The notes below the pieces were generated by a model. The model was not told where the DNA came from and did not search any database. It saw only the letters and a program-made list of their open reading frames with translations. Position numbers and translations under genes: made by a program. A stretch of DNA of 64,000 bases from an uncultured Candidatus Rokubacteria bacterium (GTDB lineage: Bacteria > Methylomirabilota > Methylomirabilia > Rokubacteriales > CSP1-6), in assembly GCA_963789955.1 (NCBI GenBank), contig CAWBMV010000003.1, forward strand, positions 96,001 to 160,000. The letters are read 5' to 3'. Below, piece after piece: positions 29,359 to 39,605 of the stretch. How positions within the stretch are numbered: the first letter of the stretch is position 1; every line of letters starts with the position of its first letter.

Positions 29359-30470
29359 CGATACCCGGCTGCCTCTCGGAGCACTCCAAGGGTCCGGCGC
29401 GCGGACTCTTCCCAGGTGAACAGCCGGCTCCGGGCGAGTCCGCGCTCGCGCAGATCCGCTCGGAGCGCTTCTTCGTCGATGACGCGAGCGATCGCTTCAG
29501 CGATCGCCGTCACGTCTTCGGGATCCACGAGCAGCCCGGCGGGGCCGACGACCTCTGGACACGCCGTCCGGTCGGAGCTGACGACCGGACACCCGCATGC
29601 CATGGCCTCGAGGAGCGGCAGTCCGAAGCCTTCGAAGAGCGACGGATAGACGAAGCAGGTCGCGCCACCGTAGAAGGCCGGCAAGTCGCCGTCGGGGATC
29701 GCACCGACCCAGTGCACTCGGCTCGACGCGCCCGAGTCGCGGAAAGTGCGCAGGAGCTCTTCCACTCCGTAGTCCACCTTGCCGGCGATCACAAGGCGCA
29801 GATCAGCCCGGCCCTGAGCCCGCAACAGGGCAAAGGCCCGGAGCAGGGTACCGAGGTTCTTGCGTCGATTCAGCCTGCCGACTGAAAAGATGAAGCCCGG
29901 TTCGAGACCGTAACGCGCGAGGACCGCGCGTATGGCGGTCTCCGGCAGCGGGCGAAAACTGTCGCTCACGCCGTACCAGGTCACACGGATTCGCTCTGGA
30001 GCGACGCGATAGCGCGCTTCGAGGTCACGCCGCGTGAACTCGGATGGGGTGATGATACGTGCCGCCCGGCGCAAGCTCCACGGGACCAGCGCGCGCAGTG
30101 CTAGCCGCAACCCGGGCGGGGATGACGCCACGTGGAGAAACGAGAGGTCATGAACCACGACCACGACAGGGCCCGCGTACGCCAGCGGCGCAAAGTATTG
30201 GACGTGGAGCGCATCCACCCGCTCGGACGTCGCGGCCCGAGCAAGCGTCCACAGGATACGGCCGAGCCCGCCGTGCTGGGCGACGGCACGAATACGGAGG
30301 CCCGGAGTGGCGCTGAGCGAGTGATAGAACGAATGGCCGGGCTCTCGTGCGAACAAGGTGAAGGTGTCGTCACCGTCGGCGGCGAGCAACGAACGGCACA
30401 AGTTCCTGGTGTAGGTCGAGTTGCCCTCGCCCTCACGCTCACTGCCGTGCGTATCAATGCCGAAGTTCAT
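29355..30470 (-). CDS. GT4 glycosyltransferase (mannosyltransferase-like)
   Basis: VHDLSF, RRKNL, YPSLFEGFGLPLLEAMACG. Confidence 0.9.
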   Translation of the reverse strand: MNFGIDTHGSEREGEGNSTYTRNLCRSLLAADGDDTFTLFAREPGHSFYHSLSATPGLRIRAVAQHGGLGRILWTLARAATSERVDALHVQYFAPLAYAGPVVVVVHDLSFLHVASSPPGLRLALRALVPWSLRRAARIITPSEFTRRDLEARYRVAPERIRVTWYGVSDSFRPLPETAIRAVLARYGLEPGFIFSVGRLNRRKNLGTLLRAFALLRAQGRADLRLVIAGKVDYGVEELLRTFRDSGASSRVHWVGAIPDGDLPAFYGGATCFVYPSLFEGFGLPLLEAMACGCPVVSSDRTACPEVVGPAGLLVDPEDVTAIAEAIARVIDEEALRADLRERGLARSRLFTWEESARRTLGVLREAAGYR

Positions 30471-30673
30471 GGAGGGGTGGCCCTGAATATACCTGTCACC
30501 GTCTTGATCGGGGCCTTCGTCTTATTGACACGATGAGGCGCACCGGCTATTGTCCGGCGCACGCTGTAGCCGCCTATTGACGAAGGCGCGGGTCACTTTG
30601 GGAGGACCTTTGTCGTGTGGACAGATTGTCGTTGTGATCTTCCCCGATACCCCGCCTGTCGGATCGCTGACCA

Positions 30674-31090
30674 ATGATGTGCCGCTTGCTTTCGGTCCAG
30701 TTGGTCGCGTGCTTCGTACTCGCGGCCGGCTCCGGACCCGCGGCCCTCGATAAGGACGGGGCGATGCAGAAAATCAGCCCCGAGCTGCTTGCCCTCTACG
30801 ATGCATACCTCGCGGCACAGCGCCGCGGCATTCCTTTCACGGTCAACGATACGCTGGTTCGGGTTGTCGATGACCGGGTGATCGTCGACGCGGTCGCTTC
30901 CGGCAGCGGGGCGGCTCTCGAGACAGACCTCAGAGCCATGGGAATGCGCGAGACCGTATCGGCAGGCCGGATCGTCTCGGGACAGCTACCGATCGCATCG
31001 ATCGCCGCGCTGGCCAGCCTGCAGAGCCTCCGGTTCGTTCGGGCCGCCGCATCGGCAACACACGGGGGGACAGAGGGGAAGAGGCCATAG
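30674..31090 (+). CDS. Small secreted protein homologous to the prodomain of the adjacent subtilase
   Basis: KISPEL..RVIVDAVASG..LETDLRAMG..GRIVSGQLPIASIAALASLQSLRFVR parallels KIADDL..WVTIDAVAAG..LEADFRRLG..GRVVSARLPISAISLLESLASLRFAK. Confidence 0.75.
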   Translation: MMCRLLSVQLVACFVLAAGSGPAALDKDGAMQKISPELLALYDAYLAAQRRGIPFTVNDTLVRVVDDRVIVDAVASGSGAALETDLRAMGMRETVSAGRIVSGQLPIASIAALASLQSLRFVRAAASATHGGTEGKRP

Positions 31091-31166
31091 GACCGAATCG
31101 GTCGGTGTAGTGAAGCGGGGTTGCCGGCCAGTAGGGAGCACCCCCGATAGGACGGAGACACGGGCT

Positions 31167-34100
31167 ATGAATTGGCAGCTCCGGCTGTGGGTCGTTGCGC
31201 TTCTCGCGCTGGCAGCCGCGCCAGGCGTCGCGTGGGCCGACCGGACTCAGGCGACAAAGATCGCCGATGACCTGGCTTCGATTGCCGCCCAGCACGCAGC
31301 AGCCGCCGCTCGCGGTCTCCCGTTCCGTTCCGCCAACCGCTTTCTACCGGTCGCCAACGATTGGGTCACCATCGACGCCGTTGCCGCCGGCGACCCGCAC
31401 GCCCTGGAGGCGGACTTCAGGCGGCTCGGCGCTCAACATGTTGCCGTCTCCGGTCGCGTCGTTTCGGCACGGCTGCCCATCTCGGCAATTTCCCTGTTGG
31501 AAAGCCTGGCGAGCCTGAGATTCGCCAAGCCGGCCTATTCCGCGACGAACGCCGGGTCAGTGACCAGCCAGGGCGACCGCGCGATGCGCGCGGACGTCGC
31601 GCGGGCGGCGCTGGGCGTCACCGGTGCAGGCATCACGGTCGGCGTGCTGTCGGATAGCTTCAACTGTCGCGGCGGCGCCGCGGCAGATGTGGCGACGGGT
31701 GACCTGTCACCGGTCACGGTCCTTCAGGACGAACCCGGCTGCGGCTCGGGAACCGACGAGGGCCGGGCGATGCTGCAGATCGTCCACGACGTCGCCCCGG
31801 GCGCAGGCCTTTCCTTCGCGACGGCGTTTGCAGGCATGGCGAGCTTCGCCGCCAACATCAGGGCCCTGGCTGCCGCGGGCGCCCGGGTGATCGTCGACGA
31901 TGTCATCTATTTCGGCGAGCCGATGTTCCAGGACGGTGTGATTGCTCAGGCGGTCGACAGCGTGACGGCCGGCGGCGTGACCTACTTCTCCGCGGCAGGC
32001 AACTACGCTCGCCAGTCGTATGACCATGCATTCGTGGCGGGGACCGCATTTCCCATTGGCGCTTTCCCGGGCTTCATCGGAGGTATTGCTCACGACTTTG
32101 GCGGTGGCGACGTCTTCCAACGTGTCACCCTTCCTCCATCCAGCAGCTTTCTTCTGGTGCTTCAGTGGGATTCCCCCACTTTCTCTGTCGGCGGCGTCGG
32201 GACGCCAAACGACGTCGATGTCTACATCTTCAACGCTGCAGCGACGCAAGTCCTCAGCGCGGCCACGACCAACAACGTCGCGTCCGGGGATCCGGTCGAG
32301 TTCCTCAGCTTCGTCAACTCTGGAGCCGCAGCGCTCGACGTCAACATCATGATCGTGACGCGGACGGGCCCGAACCCCGGACGCATCAAGTATGTGCTCG
32401 CCGGCGACAACCGCGCCGTCATTCAGCAGTTCACGACGAATAGCGGAACCATCTACGGTCATGCGAACGCCCTGGGCGCGGCCGCGGTCGGCGCGGCGTT
32501 CTATGGGTGGACACCCGAGTTCGGCGTCAATCCGCCGATCCTGGAATCGTTCTCCTCGGGCGGGACGACACCGATCTTATTCAACACGGCCGGTACTCGG
32601 CTCGGAACACCAGATCCCCGGGCGAACAAGCCGCTGATCGTGGCACCTGACGGCGCGGATACGACGTTCTTCGGCACTGACATTGAAGCGAATGGCTTTC
32701 CCAACTTCTTCGGGACGTCGGCAGCCGCGCCGCACGCGGCCGGCGTCGCCGCGCTGATTCTGCAGGCCGCCCCGACGATGCCGCCGGCCCAGGTGCTGGC
32801 GACGTTGCAAAGCACGGCACTCGACATGGAGACGTCGGGCTTCGACAACGACTCCGGATTCGGTCTCATCCAGGCTGACGCCGCATTGAGGTCACTCTTG
32901 AACGTTGCCGGAGTCACGCCGAATCCGATCGATCTGGCCAGCACGCCGGTGTCGTTCACGATCTCGGGCCAGGGCTTCGCCGACAGTGGCTTCGGCCTAC
33001 CAGTGGCGAACTTCGTAAGAGGCGGCAGTGTAGTCGGGCAGGCGCGGGCGACAGGGTTGACCGGCAGCACGACGCTGACCGTGCCGTTTCCGACCAACAC
33101 GACGAGTCTGAACGGGCCGCTGCCGGGGCTCACGGCCGGGACGGTCCAGGTGCAGATCTACAATCAGACGGGCTCGGCGAGCTGGGCGCTCGTGGGGAGC
33201 AACACGCTCACGGTCAACGACACGCGGCCGTGCCCGCTCTGCGTGACGGGCATCAGCCCGAGCCCGATCGATCTGGCCAGCGCGCCAGCGTTGTTCACGA
33301 TCGCGGGGGAGGGCTTGGCCAACAATGGCTTCGGCCTGCCGGTGGCGAACTTCATGAGCGGCGGCACGATCGTCGGGCAGGCGCGGGCGACGGGGTTGAC
33401 CGGCAGCACGACCCTGACGGTACCGTTTCCGACGAACACGACGAGTCTGAACGGACCGCTGCCGGGGCTGAGGGCGGGGACGGTGCAAGTGCAGGTCTAC
33501 AACCAGACCGGTTCGGCAAGCTGGCAGTTCGTGGGGAGCATCACGCTCACCATCGATGACACGCGACCGTGCGCGCTGTGCGTGACGGGCATCAGCCCCA
33601 ACCCGATCGATCTGGCCAGTACGCCGGCATCGTTCACGGTCGCAGGGCAGGGCTTGGCCAACAATGGCTTCGGCCTGCCAGTCGCGAACTTCGTCATCGG
33701 CGGCAGTGTGGTGGGGCAGGCGCGCGCGACGCAGCTGACAAGTAACACGACGCTGACGGTGCCGTTTCCAACGAACGCGACAAGTCTGAACGGACCACTG
33801 CCGGGGCTGGCGGCGGGGCAGGTTCTGGTGCAGGTGTACAACCAAACGGGGGTGGCGAGTTGGGCGTTCGTGGGGAGCATCACGCTCACCGTCAACGATA
33901 CGCGGCCGTGCCCGCTGTGCGTGAGGAGCATCAGTCCCAACCCGATCGATCTGGCCAGTTCGCCGGCGTCGTTGACGATCGCGGGCGGGGGCTTCACGAA
34001 CAGTGGCTTCGGCCTGCCGGTCGCGAACTTCACGAGTGGCGGCACGGTCGTAGGACAGGCGCGAGCGACGGGGTCAAGCGGCAACACGATGCTGACGGTG

Positions 34101-34280
34101 CCATTTCCGACGAACGCGACGAGTCTGAACGGGCCGCTGCCGGGGCTAGCGGCGGGAGCGGTGCAGGTTCAAGTGTTCAACCAAACTGGGGCGGCGAGTT
34201 GGATGCTGGTGGGAAGCATCACGCTGACGGTTAACGCGACACCGTCGTGCGCACAGTGCGTGAGCGCGGACCGCCCGTGA
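31167..34280 (+). CDS. Secreted subtilase (S8/S53-like) with four C-terminal Ig/IPT-like repeats
   Basis: Signal peptide, VGVLSDS, DEGRAM, SAAGN, FFGTSAAAPHAAG. Repeats span about 32900-34260. Confidence 0.88.
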   Translation: MNWQLRLWVVALLALAAAPGVAWADRTQATKIADDLASIAAQHAAAAARGLPFRSANRFLPVANDWVTIDAVAAGDPHALEADFRRLGAQHVAVSGRVVSARLPISAISLLESLASLRFAKPAYSATNAGSVTSQGDRAMRADVARAALGVTGAGITVGVLSDSFNCRGGAAADVATGDLSPVTVLQDEPGCGSGTDEGRAMLQIVHDVAPGAGLSFATAFAGMASFAANIRALAAAGARVIVDDVIYFGEPMFQDGVIAQAVDSVTAGGVTYFSAAGNYARQSYDHAFVAGTAFPIGAFPGFIGGIAHDFGGGDVFQRVTLPPSSSFLLVLQWDSPTFSVGGVGTPNDVDVYIFNAAATQVLSAATTNNVASGDPVEFLSFVNSGAAALDVNIMIVTRTGPNPGRIKYVLAGDNRAVIQQFTTNSGTIYGHANALGAAAVGAAFYGWTPEFGVNPPILESFSSGGTTPILFNTAGTRLGTPDPRANKPLIVAPDGADTTFFGTDIEANGFPNFFGTSAAAPHAAGVAALILQAAPTMPPAQVLATLQSTALDMETSGFDNDSGFGLIQADAALRSLLNVAGVTPNPIDLASTPVSFTISGQGFADSGFGLPVANFVRGGSVVGQARATGLTGSTTLTVPFPTNTTSLNGPLPGLTAGTVQVQIYNQTGSASWALVGSNTLTVNDTRPCPLCVTGISPSPIDLASAPALFTIAGEGLANNGFGLPVANFMSGGTIVGQARATGLTGSTTLTVPFPTNTTSLNGPLPGLRAGTVQVQVYNQTGSASWQFVGSITLTIDDTRPCALCVTGISPNPIDLASTPASFTVAGQGLANNGFGLPVANFVIGGSVVGQARATQLTSNTTLTVPFPTNATSLNGPLPGLAAGQVLVQVYNQTGVASWAFVGSITLTVNDTRPCPLCVRSISPNPIDLASSPASLTIAGGGFTNSGFGLPVANFTSGGTVVGQARATGSSGNTMLTVPFPTNATSLNGPLPGLAAGAVQVQVFNQTGAASWMLVGSITLTVNATPSCAQCVSADRP

Positions 34281-34596
34281 CGGGTGGCGATGGGAGCGAG
34301 TAGTCAGCGCGGCAAAGGCATCCGCGGCATGGGGGTGAACTGTATCGACGTTTGTAATCGGTTCCGGCGAGGATGGCCAGCACCGCCGTCTGAGCGTCGG
34401 CGATGCTCTCCCCCGCTGCTTCATCCCGCGCGATCTTGACGAGAACTCGAACGTGGCCCTTGTCGCGGACGTCCTGGAAGAGCTCTTCGGGAATACGGGG
34501 CTGGTCCATGGAGTTCCCGGTTCTTACAAGAGCACTGAGAATCAGAAACGTGAGTGCGACCAGGGGCGGTGGCACTCGGTGTTGGGCTCTCCGCAC
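34231..34596 (-). pseudogene. Secreted subtilase-prodomain-like (I9-like) protein, 3' degenerate
   Basis: Hydrophobic leader then ELFQDVRDKGHVRVLVKI..IADAQTAVLAILAGTDY..RRY. Confidence 0.4.
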
Positions 34597-34645
34597 CTGG
34601 TCACCTCCAAAGTCGAATGCCAGGCTGTACGATACTTCCGGAAAA

Positions 34646-34683
34646 AGTGATGGCCGCTTCAGTAGTGATGGCCGCTTCAGTAG
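34646..34683. repeat. Perfect 18-bp tandem duplication (AGTGATGGCCGCTTCAGT x2)
   Basis: Read directly at 34646-34663 and 34664-34681, followed by AG. Confidence 0.95.
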
Positions 34684-34800
34684 AGCGGAGCGGGCGGAGG
34701 CTGTCAGGCCTAAGCGTGAGGGGACCGTTGGGCCGGAGACGGCAGGGTGGTGCGGCTATAGCGACGCCAGACCGTAGGACTACTACTTAGGGGAAGTACG

Positions 34801-36211
34801 TCAGTGAGCGCCGGTCCCGCGCAGAACCTCCGGGAGGGTCGCCAGCAAAATCCGCAGATCGAGCGCGAGCGACCACTGGTCGACGTACTCGAGATCCATT
34901 CGCATCCACTCGTCGAAGTCCACCGTACTCCGGCCGCGCGTCTGCCATAACCCGCTCAGGCCTGGGCGCATGGCAAGTCTTCGACGCTGCACGCCCTTGA
35001 TCCGGCTCGCCTCGTACAGGGGCAGCGGCCGCGGGCCGACGAGGCTCATCTCGCCCTTGATCACGTTAATGAGCTGAGGCAGCTCGTCCACGCTGTAGCG
35101 TCGGATGAACCGGCCGAGCCGAGTTCGACGGGGATCGTCACTCACCTTGAAGACCGGACCGTTCATCTCGTTGAGATGCAGGAGGTCGCTCCGTCGCTGC
35201 TCCGCGTCCGCGACCATCGTGCGGAGCTTGTACATCTCGAAGGCCCGACCGTGAAAGCCGCTACGAATCTGACGGAAGATGACCGGGCCGCGTGAGGAGA
35301 CGCGGATGAGCGCTGCTACGACTCCGAGCAGCGGGAGCGTCAGAGCGAGAATGAGCACGGCACCGACGACGTCGATCGCACGCTTGACAGCGAACGCGCC
35401 CTGACGCGTGAGGGTCGGGGAGACACCGTAGAAGGGTAGGGTGAAGAGCTCCTCGACGTACGAGTGCGCGTGGGCAGGCCGGTAGAGGTCGACCAGCACA
35501 CGCGCGTCCACGCCGAGGTTCTCGCAGGCCTCCAGGGCCTCGCTGAGCCGATCGAGGCGGTCGGCCGGGACCGCGAAGAAGACCTCGTCGACGACCACGT
35601 CCTCCTGGAGCAGATCCGGAAGGTCCTGCAGGGTGCCGATGACCGGAACGCTGCCGACGCTTCGCACCGCGTCGGCCGGGTCCACGCTCAGGCAGCCGCG
35701 CACCAGCCAGCCCGCCTCTGGATAGCGCCGCAAGGACGCGATCAGCCGCTCGGCGCGCTCGTCGGTGCCCACCACGATGGCGACGTGCGACCAGCGTTCC
35801 CCGCGCCGGCGAAGCCACGCCAGCACTAGGGTGCGCTCGACCCAGAGGCCGACGGCGCTGACACCGGTGAAGAGGAGCAGGAGGCTGCGATTGATGTCGC
35901 CCTCCCGGGCGAAGAACAGCGACGCGGTCACCAGCAGCAGGCCGATGATGTTGACCCTGGCCACCAGCCATGCGCGCGAGCGCGCCATCCAGCCAAGGCC
36001 GTAGCCACCGAAGGCGGCGAGCAGGACGACCCATACCGGCACGATCGAGTCCGAGCAGCCAGAGGTAATGCGCGAGCGGGCCAGCGTTTCGCGCGAGCGG
36101 ATTGTTGAGGGCCACTCGCACTGCGTACGCGCCCAGAAGCGAGCCGAGCAGCACGCAGGCGTCGGCGACGGCCAGCCGCAGGGCCCACATCGCGCGGCGC
36201 TTGCCGAGCAC
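34801..36211 (-). CDS. Priming polyprenyl-phosphate sugar-phosphotransferase (WbaP/WcaJ-type); indel near 36045
   Basis: KRAIDV, YKLRTM, DDPRRT, DELPQLINV..GEMSLVGPRP. N-terminal TM segment is in another frame. Confidence 0.88.
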
Positions 36212-37323
36212 TAGCGGGCCTCGCTCAACACTTCGTGAAAAAGCTGCTCGTATGCGTCCGTGACCGACTCCCAGGAGTAGTGCTCGCGGACGCGTTCCCG
36301 CGCGCGTTCTCCGGTCTCTTGCACGATCGCTGGATCCTTGAGCAAGCGTTCCAGAACCGTCCGGAGGCTCGCGGCACCGACGGAACCCTCGTAGCTGAAC
36401 CCGGCGGCGGCGATCGTCTCGAGATTCTCCGGAGTATCATTGACGACGACGCACCGACCGAGCGCCATCGCTTCCAGGAGCGCCGGATGGGTGCCGCCGA
36501 CCTCGGAGGTTTCCACGACACAGTAGGCGTTACCGGCCAGCTCGCGGTACCCTTCGCCGAAGAGGTAGCCCGTGAAGATGACTCGGGGGTCCGTCGTAGC
36601 CCGGAGCCGGTTGATGTACGGGGCGGCGTAGGGAGCATCGCCGACGATCACGCACCGGAAATCCGTGGCGAGCCCGACAAACGATTCCACGAGGTGATGG
36701 GCGCAGTTCTCGGGAACCAGCCGGCCCACGAAGAGGATATACCGGCCCGGGACGAGCCCGTACTGCTCGAGGTATCGGCCCGGCGGTACGCTCATGGGCT
36801 CGGCGCCGTAAGCAATGTACGTCGGGGACGGCGCGCCGTACCGGGCGAGGTAGTACTCCTGAACCCGCCGTGAGTCGGTAACCACTCGATGCGGAAAGCG
36901 CATGGCCCAGCGCTCGGAGGCTCGAATGTACCACCGCGCCACGCGGCCCCACTTCTTGCGCTTCCAGTCGAGCCCATCGACATTGAGAACCACTCGCTGG
37001 CCGGCCAGACGCGGGATCCACGTCACGATGCTGCAGCCGACGTTGAAGAACAGGGCGATGTCGTACCTCTGGGACAACGCGTGGAAGGCCGAGAGCAGGC
37101 CGTGCGTGATGGTGTCGAGGTGCTTGCTGCGGATGGTCGGGAGCTTGACCAGGCGCATTCCGCGATACGCGCTGCCCTTATAGGTGATGTGGGGAACCCG
37201 GCAATAGACGGTGACGTCGTGGCCGCGCGCCGCGAGCCTGGTCCCTAACTCCTCGGCGCAGGTTTCGAACCCGCTGTAGCTTGCCGGCACGCCACGCGTG
37301 CCCAGCATACCGATACGGATCAC
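36211..37323 (-). CDS. GT4 glycosyltransferase (DUF1972-type)
   Basis: GTRGVPASYSGFET, NVDGLDWKRKKW, GRLVPEN, EVGGTHPALLEAM. Confidence 0.88.
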   Translation of the reverse strand: MIRIGMLGTRGVPASYSGFETCAEELGTRLAARGHDVTVYCRVPHITYKGSAYRGMRLVKLPTIRSKHLDTITHGLLSAFHALSQRYDIALFFNVGCSIVTWIPRLAGQRVVLNVDGLDWKRKKWGRVARWYIRASERWAMRFPHRVVTDSRRVQEYYLARYGAPSPTYIAYGAEPMSVPPGRYLEQYGLVPGRYILFVGRLVPENCAHHLVESFVGLATDFRCVIVGDAPYAAPYINRLRATTDPRVIFTGYLFGEGYRELAGNAYCVVETSEVGGTHPALLEAMALGRCVVVNDTPENLETIAAAGFSYEGSVGAASLRTVLERLLKDPAIVQETGERARERVREHYSWESVTDAYEQLFHEVLSEAR

Positions 37324-37661
37324 AGACAACGCGGTCGCGAGGCCATGGAGCGCCCCCAGGTGACGAAAGCTCAAAAAACGAGCACAACGTGGACACCGGC
37401 GCATCCACGGGCTCGCGTGAGAGTTGGTGGCGAAGTGCCGACCTTTTACCACGATACCGACGGGCGTTCAAGCGATCGGCGAAGGCGCACGGGGCGCAAC
37501 TGGCGAAATTTTGCGCGTGAACGGGCACGGCTCGCAAAAAAGCCTGACCGGTGCTATCGCTTGCCCCGTTCCGCGTATTCCAGTAGTTTCAAGCGCATGC
37601 GCAGGCTAGCCCGCCGGTTTGGGTTTCGCAGGCCACACCGATCGGTTATCCTCGGAGACCG

Positions 37662-37922
37662 ATGTCCCCGTCTGACGTCGGGATTGAGGCAGAGGTCGTT
37701 GCGATCGTGAAGCGCATCAGCCGCCAACCGGTCGAGCCGAGCGCCGAGAGTGACCTAGCGCTCGACCTCGGCTTCGATTCCATGCGCGTCTTCGAGTTGA
37801 TCGCCGCGCTCGAGGATCGCTTCGACGTCTCGATCCCATTGAACGACATCGAGACGATCCGGACCGTCGCTCAGGTGGGCGAGTACCTTCGCGACCTGAT
37901 CGAGCGGCCGGCTGGATGTTGA
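37662..37922 (+). CDS. Acyl carrier protein
   Basis: DLGFDSM phosphopantetheine site; acidic, 86 aa. Confidence 0.92.
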   Translation: MSPSDVGIEAEVVAIVKRISRQPVEPSAESDLALDLGFDSMRVFELIAALEDRFDVSIPLNDIETIRTVAQVGEYLRDLIERPAGC

Positions 37923-39595
37923 TGATCCGGACAGTCGCGCAGGCGCTCGACGACGCCGCGGCCGGCTCCGGCGGCTTCACGTTCGTCCGCGACAACGATC
38001 GCGAGCTCGTAACGCCGTTCAAGGTGCTGCGCGACTCGGCGCTTGCCGTGGGGGGCGCACTGCGCGCTCGTGGCCTCGATCGGGGCGACTGTGTCGCTCT
38101 CCTGATTCCGGAGGCCGATGGCTTTCTCACCGCCTTTCTTGGCGTTTCGCTGGCCGGTCTCGTGCCGATCCCGCTCGCGCATTCTCTCGACATCGGCCGG
38201 CTCGGCGCCGACGTCGAGAAGGTCGCGTCCTTCCTTCGTGTCGCCGGCGCGCGCGCGATCGTCACGAGCTCGCGCCTGCTCCCGTCGCTTCGCCCGTTGC
38301 AGTCGGTCGCGCCGACCGTGAAGCTCGTGGCCCCATGGAATGATCTTACCGGACCGGCGTTGGGAGCATCGGAGCCTGCCGACCCCGACGCGCCCGCGCT
38401 GCTCCAGTTCACCTCGGGCTCCACGTCGCAGCCGAGAGGTGTCGTCCTCACTCACGCCAACCTCTCCACGAACGTAGACGCGATCAGTGGGCCCCACGGC
38501 CTGGGGCTCGACCACACGGATATCGCTGTCAGCTGGCTGCCTCTGTTCCACGATATGGGCCTCATCGGCGTGGCCCTGTGTACGCTCTACGTCGGGTGCC
38601 GCGGCGTGTTCCTGTCGCCGGCGGAGTTTCTGAAGCGACCGGTGTCCTGGCTCCGTGCCATCACCCGGTATCGCGGCACGGCCAGCTTCGCTCCGAACTT
38701 CGCCTATGAGATGTGCGTGCGGCGGGTCAAGGATGCCGAGCTAGACGGTCTCGACCTGGCGTCGTGGCGCGTGGCCGGCTGCGGTGCAGAGCCGATCCAG
38801 GTGGCCACACTCCAGGCCTTTGCCACGAAGTTCGCGCACACCGGATTTCGCGCCGCGAGCCTGGTCGCCGCGTACGGCCTGGCGGAGCACACGCTCGCCG
38901 TCACCCTTGCGCCGCGCGATCGTGGCTTGCGCGTGGATGCCGTTCGCGCCCCGGAGCTGATCGCCCACGGGCGCGCCGTGCCCTGCTCCCCCGATTCTCC
39001 CGACGCTTCACGCCTCGTCGGTTGCGGCCGACCATTCCCAGACCACGCGCTCCGAGTGGTCGACGACGACGGCCAGCCAGTCGGGGAGCGCATCGTCGGC
39101 GAGATCCTCGTGTCCGGGCCTTCGGTGATGCGGGGTTACGTGAGCGCGCCGGACGCGACTGCCGGTGTCGTTCGAGAGCGCTGGCTCCCCACGGGCGACC
39201 TTGGGTATCTGGCCGACGGAGAGCTCTTCGTCTGCGGCCGCCGAAAGGAGATGATCATCGTCGGCGGTCGCAACTACTTTCCCCAGGACATCGAGCGAGT
39301 CGTGGATGAGGTGCCGGGTGTGCGTGCGGGGGGCGTGGCCGCGTTCGCGGCAACCGCCCCGGGACACCCAGACAGAGCGGTCTTGGTTGTCGAGACTCGC
39401 GGGCCGGTGTCTGCGGACGCGCTTCAGGCCGAGGTGCGGCGCCGGGTGCTCCAGGCGACTGGCCTCGCCGTTGACGAGATCGTCCTCGCGTCAAACGGGA
39501 CGATCGACCGAACGACCAGCGGCAAGCTCCGCCGGGCCGAGTTGCGCCAGCGATACGCGGCGGGGACGCTGGTTCCTCTAAGCGAGCGCGGGTGA
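37916..39595 (+). CDS. Fatty acyl-AMP ligase (acyl-ACP synthetase)
   Basis: LQFTSGSTSQPRGV, SWLPLFHDMGLIG, YGLAEHTL, TGDLGY, TTSGKLRR. Confidence 0.9.
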   Translation: MLMIRTVAQALDDAAAGSGGFTFVRDNDRELVTPFKVLRDSALAVGGALRARGLDRGDCVALLIPEADGFLTAFLGVSLAGLVPIPLAHSLDIGRLGADVEKVASFLRVAGARAIVTSSRLLPSLRPLQSVAPTVKLVAPWNDLTGPALGASEPADPDAPALLQFTSGSTSQPRGVVLTHANLSTNVDAISGPHGLGLDHTDIAVSWLPLFHDMGLIGVALCTLYVGCRGVFLSPAEFLKRPVSWLRAITRYRGTASFAPNFAYEMCVRRVKDAELDGLDLASWRVAGCGAEPIQVATLQAFATKFAHTGFRAASLVAAYGLAEHTLAVTLAPRDRGLRVDAVRAPELIAHGRAVPCSPDSPDASRLVGCGRPFPDHALRVVDDDGQPVGERIVGEILVSGPSVMRGYVSAPDATAGVVRERWLPTGDLGYLADGELFVCGRRKEMIIVGGRNYFPQDIERVVDEVPGVRAGGVAAFAATAPGHPDRAVLVVETRGPVSADALQAEVRRRVLQATGLAVDEIVLASNGTIDRTTSGKLRRAELRQRYAAGTLVPLSERG

Positions 39596-39605
39596 GGGGA
39601 GTCCC

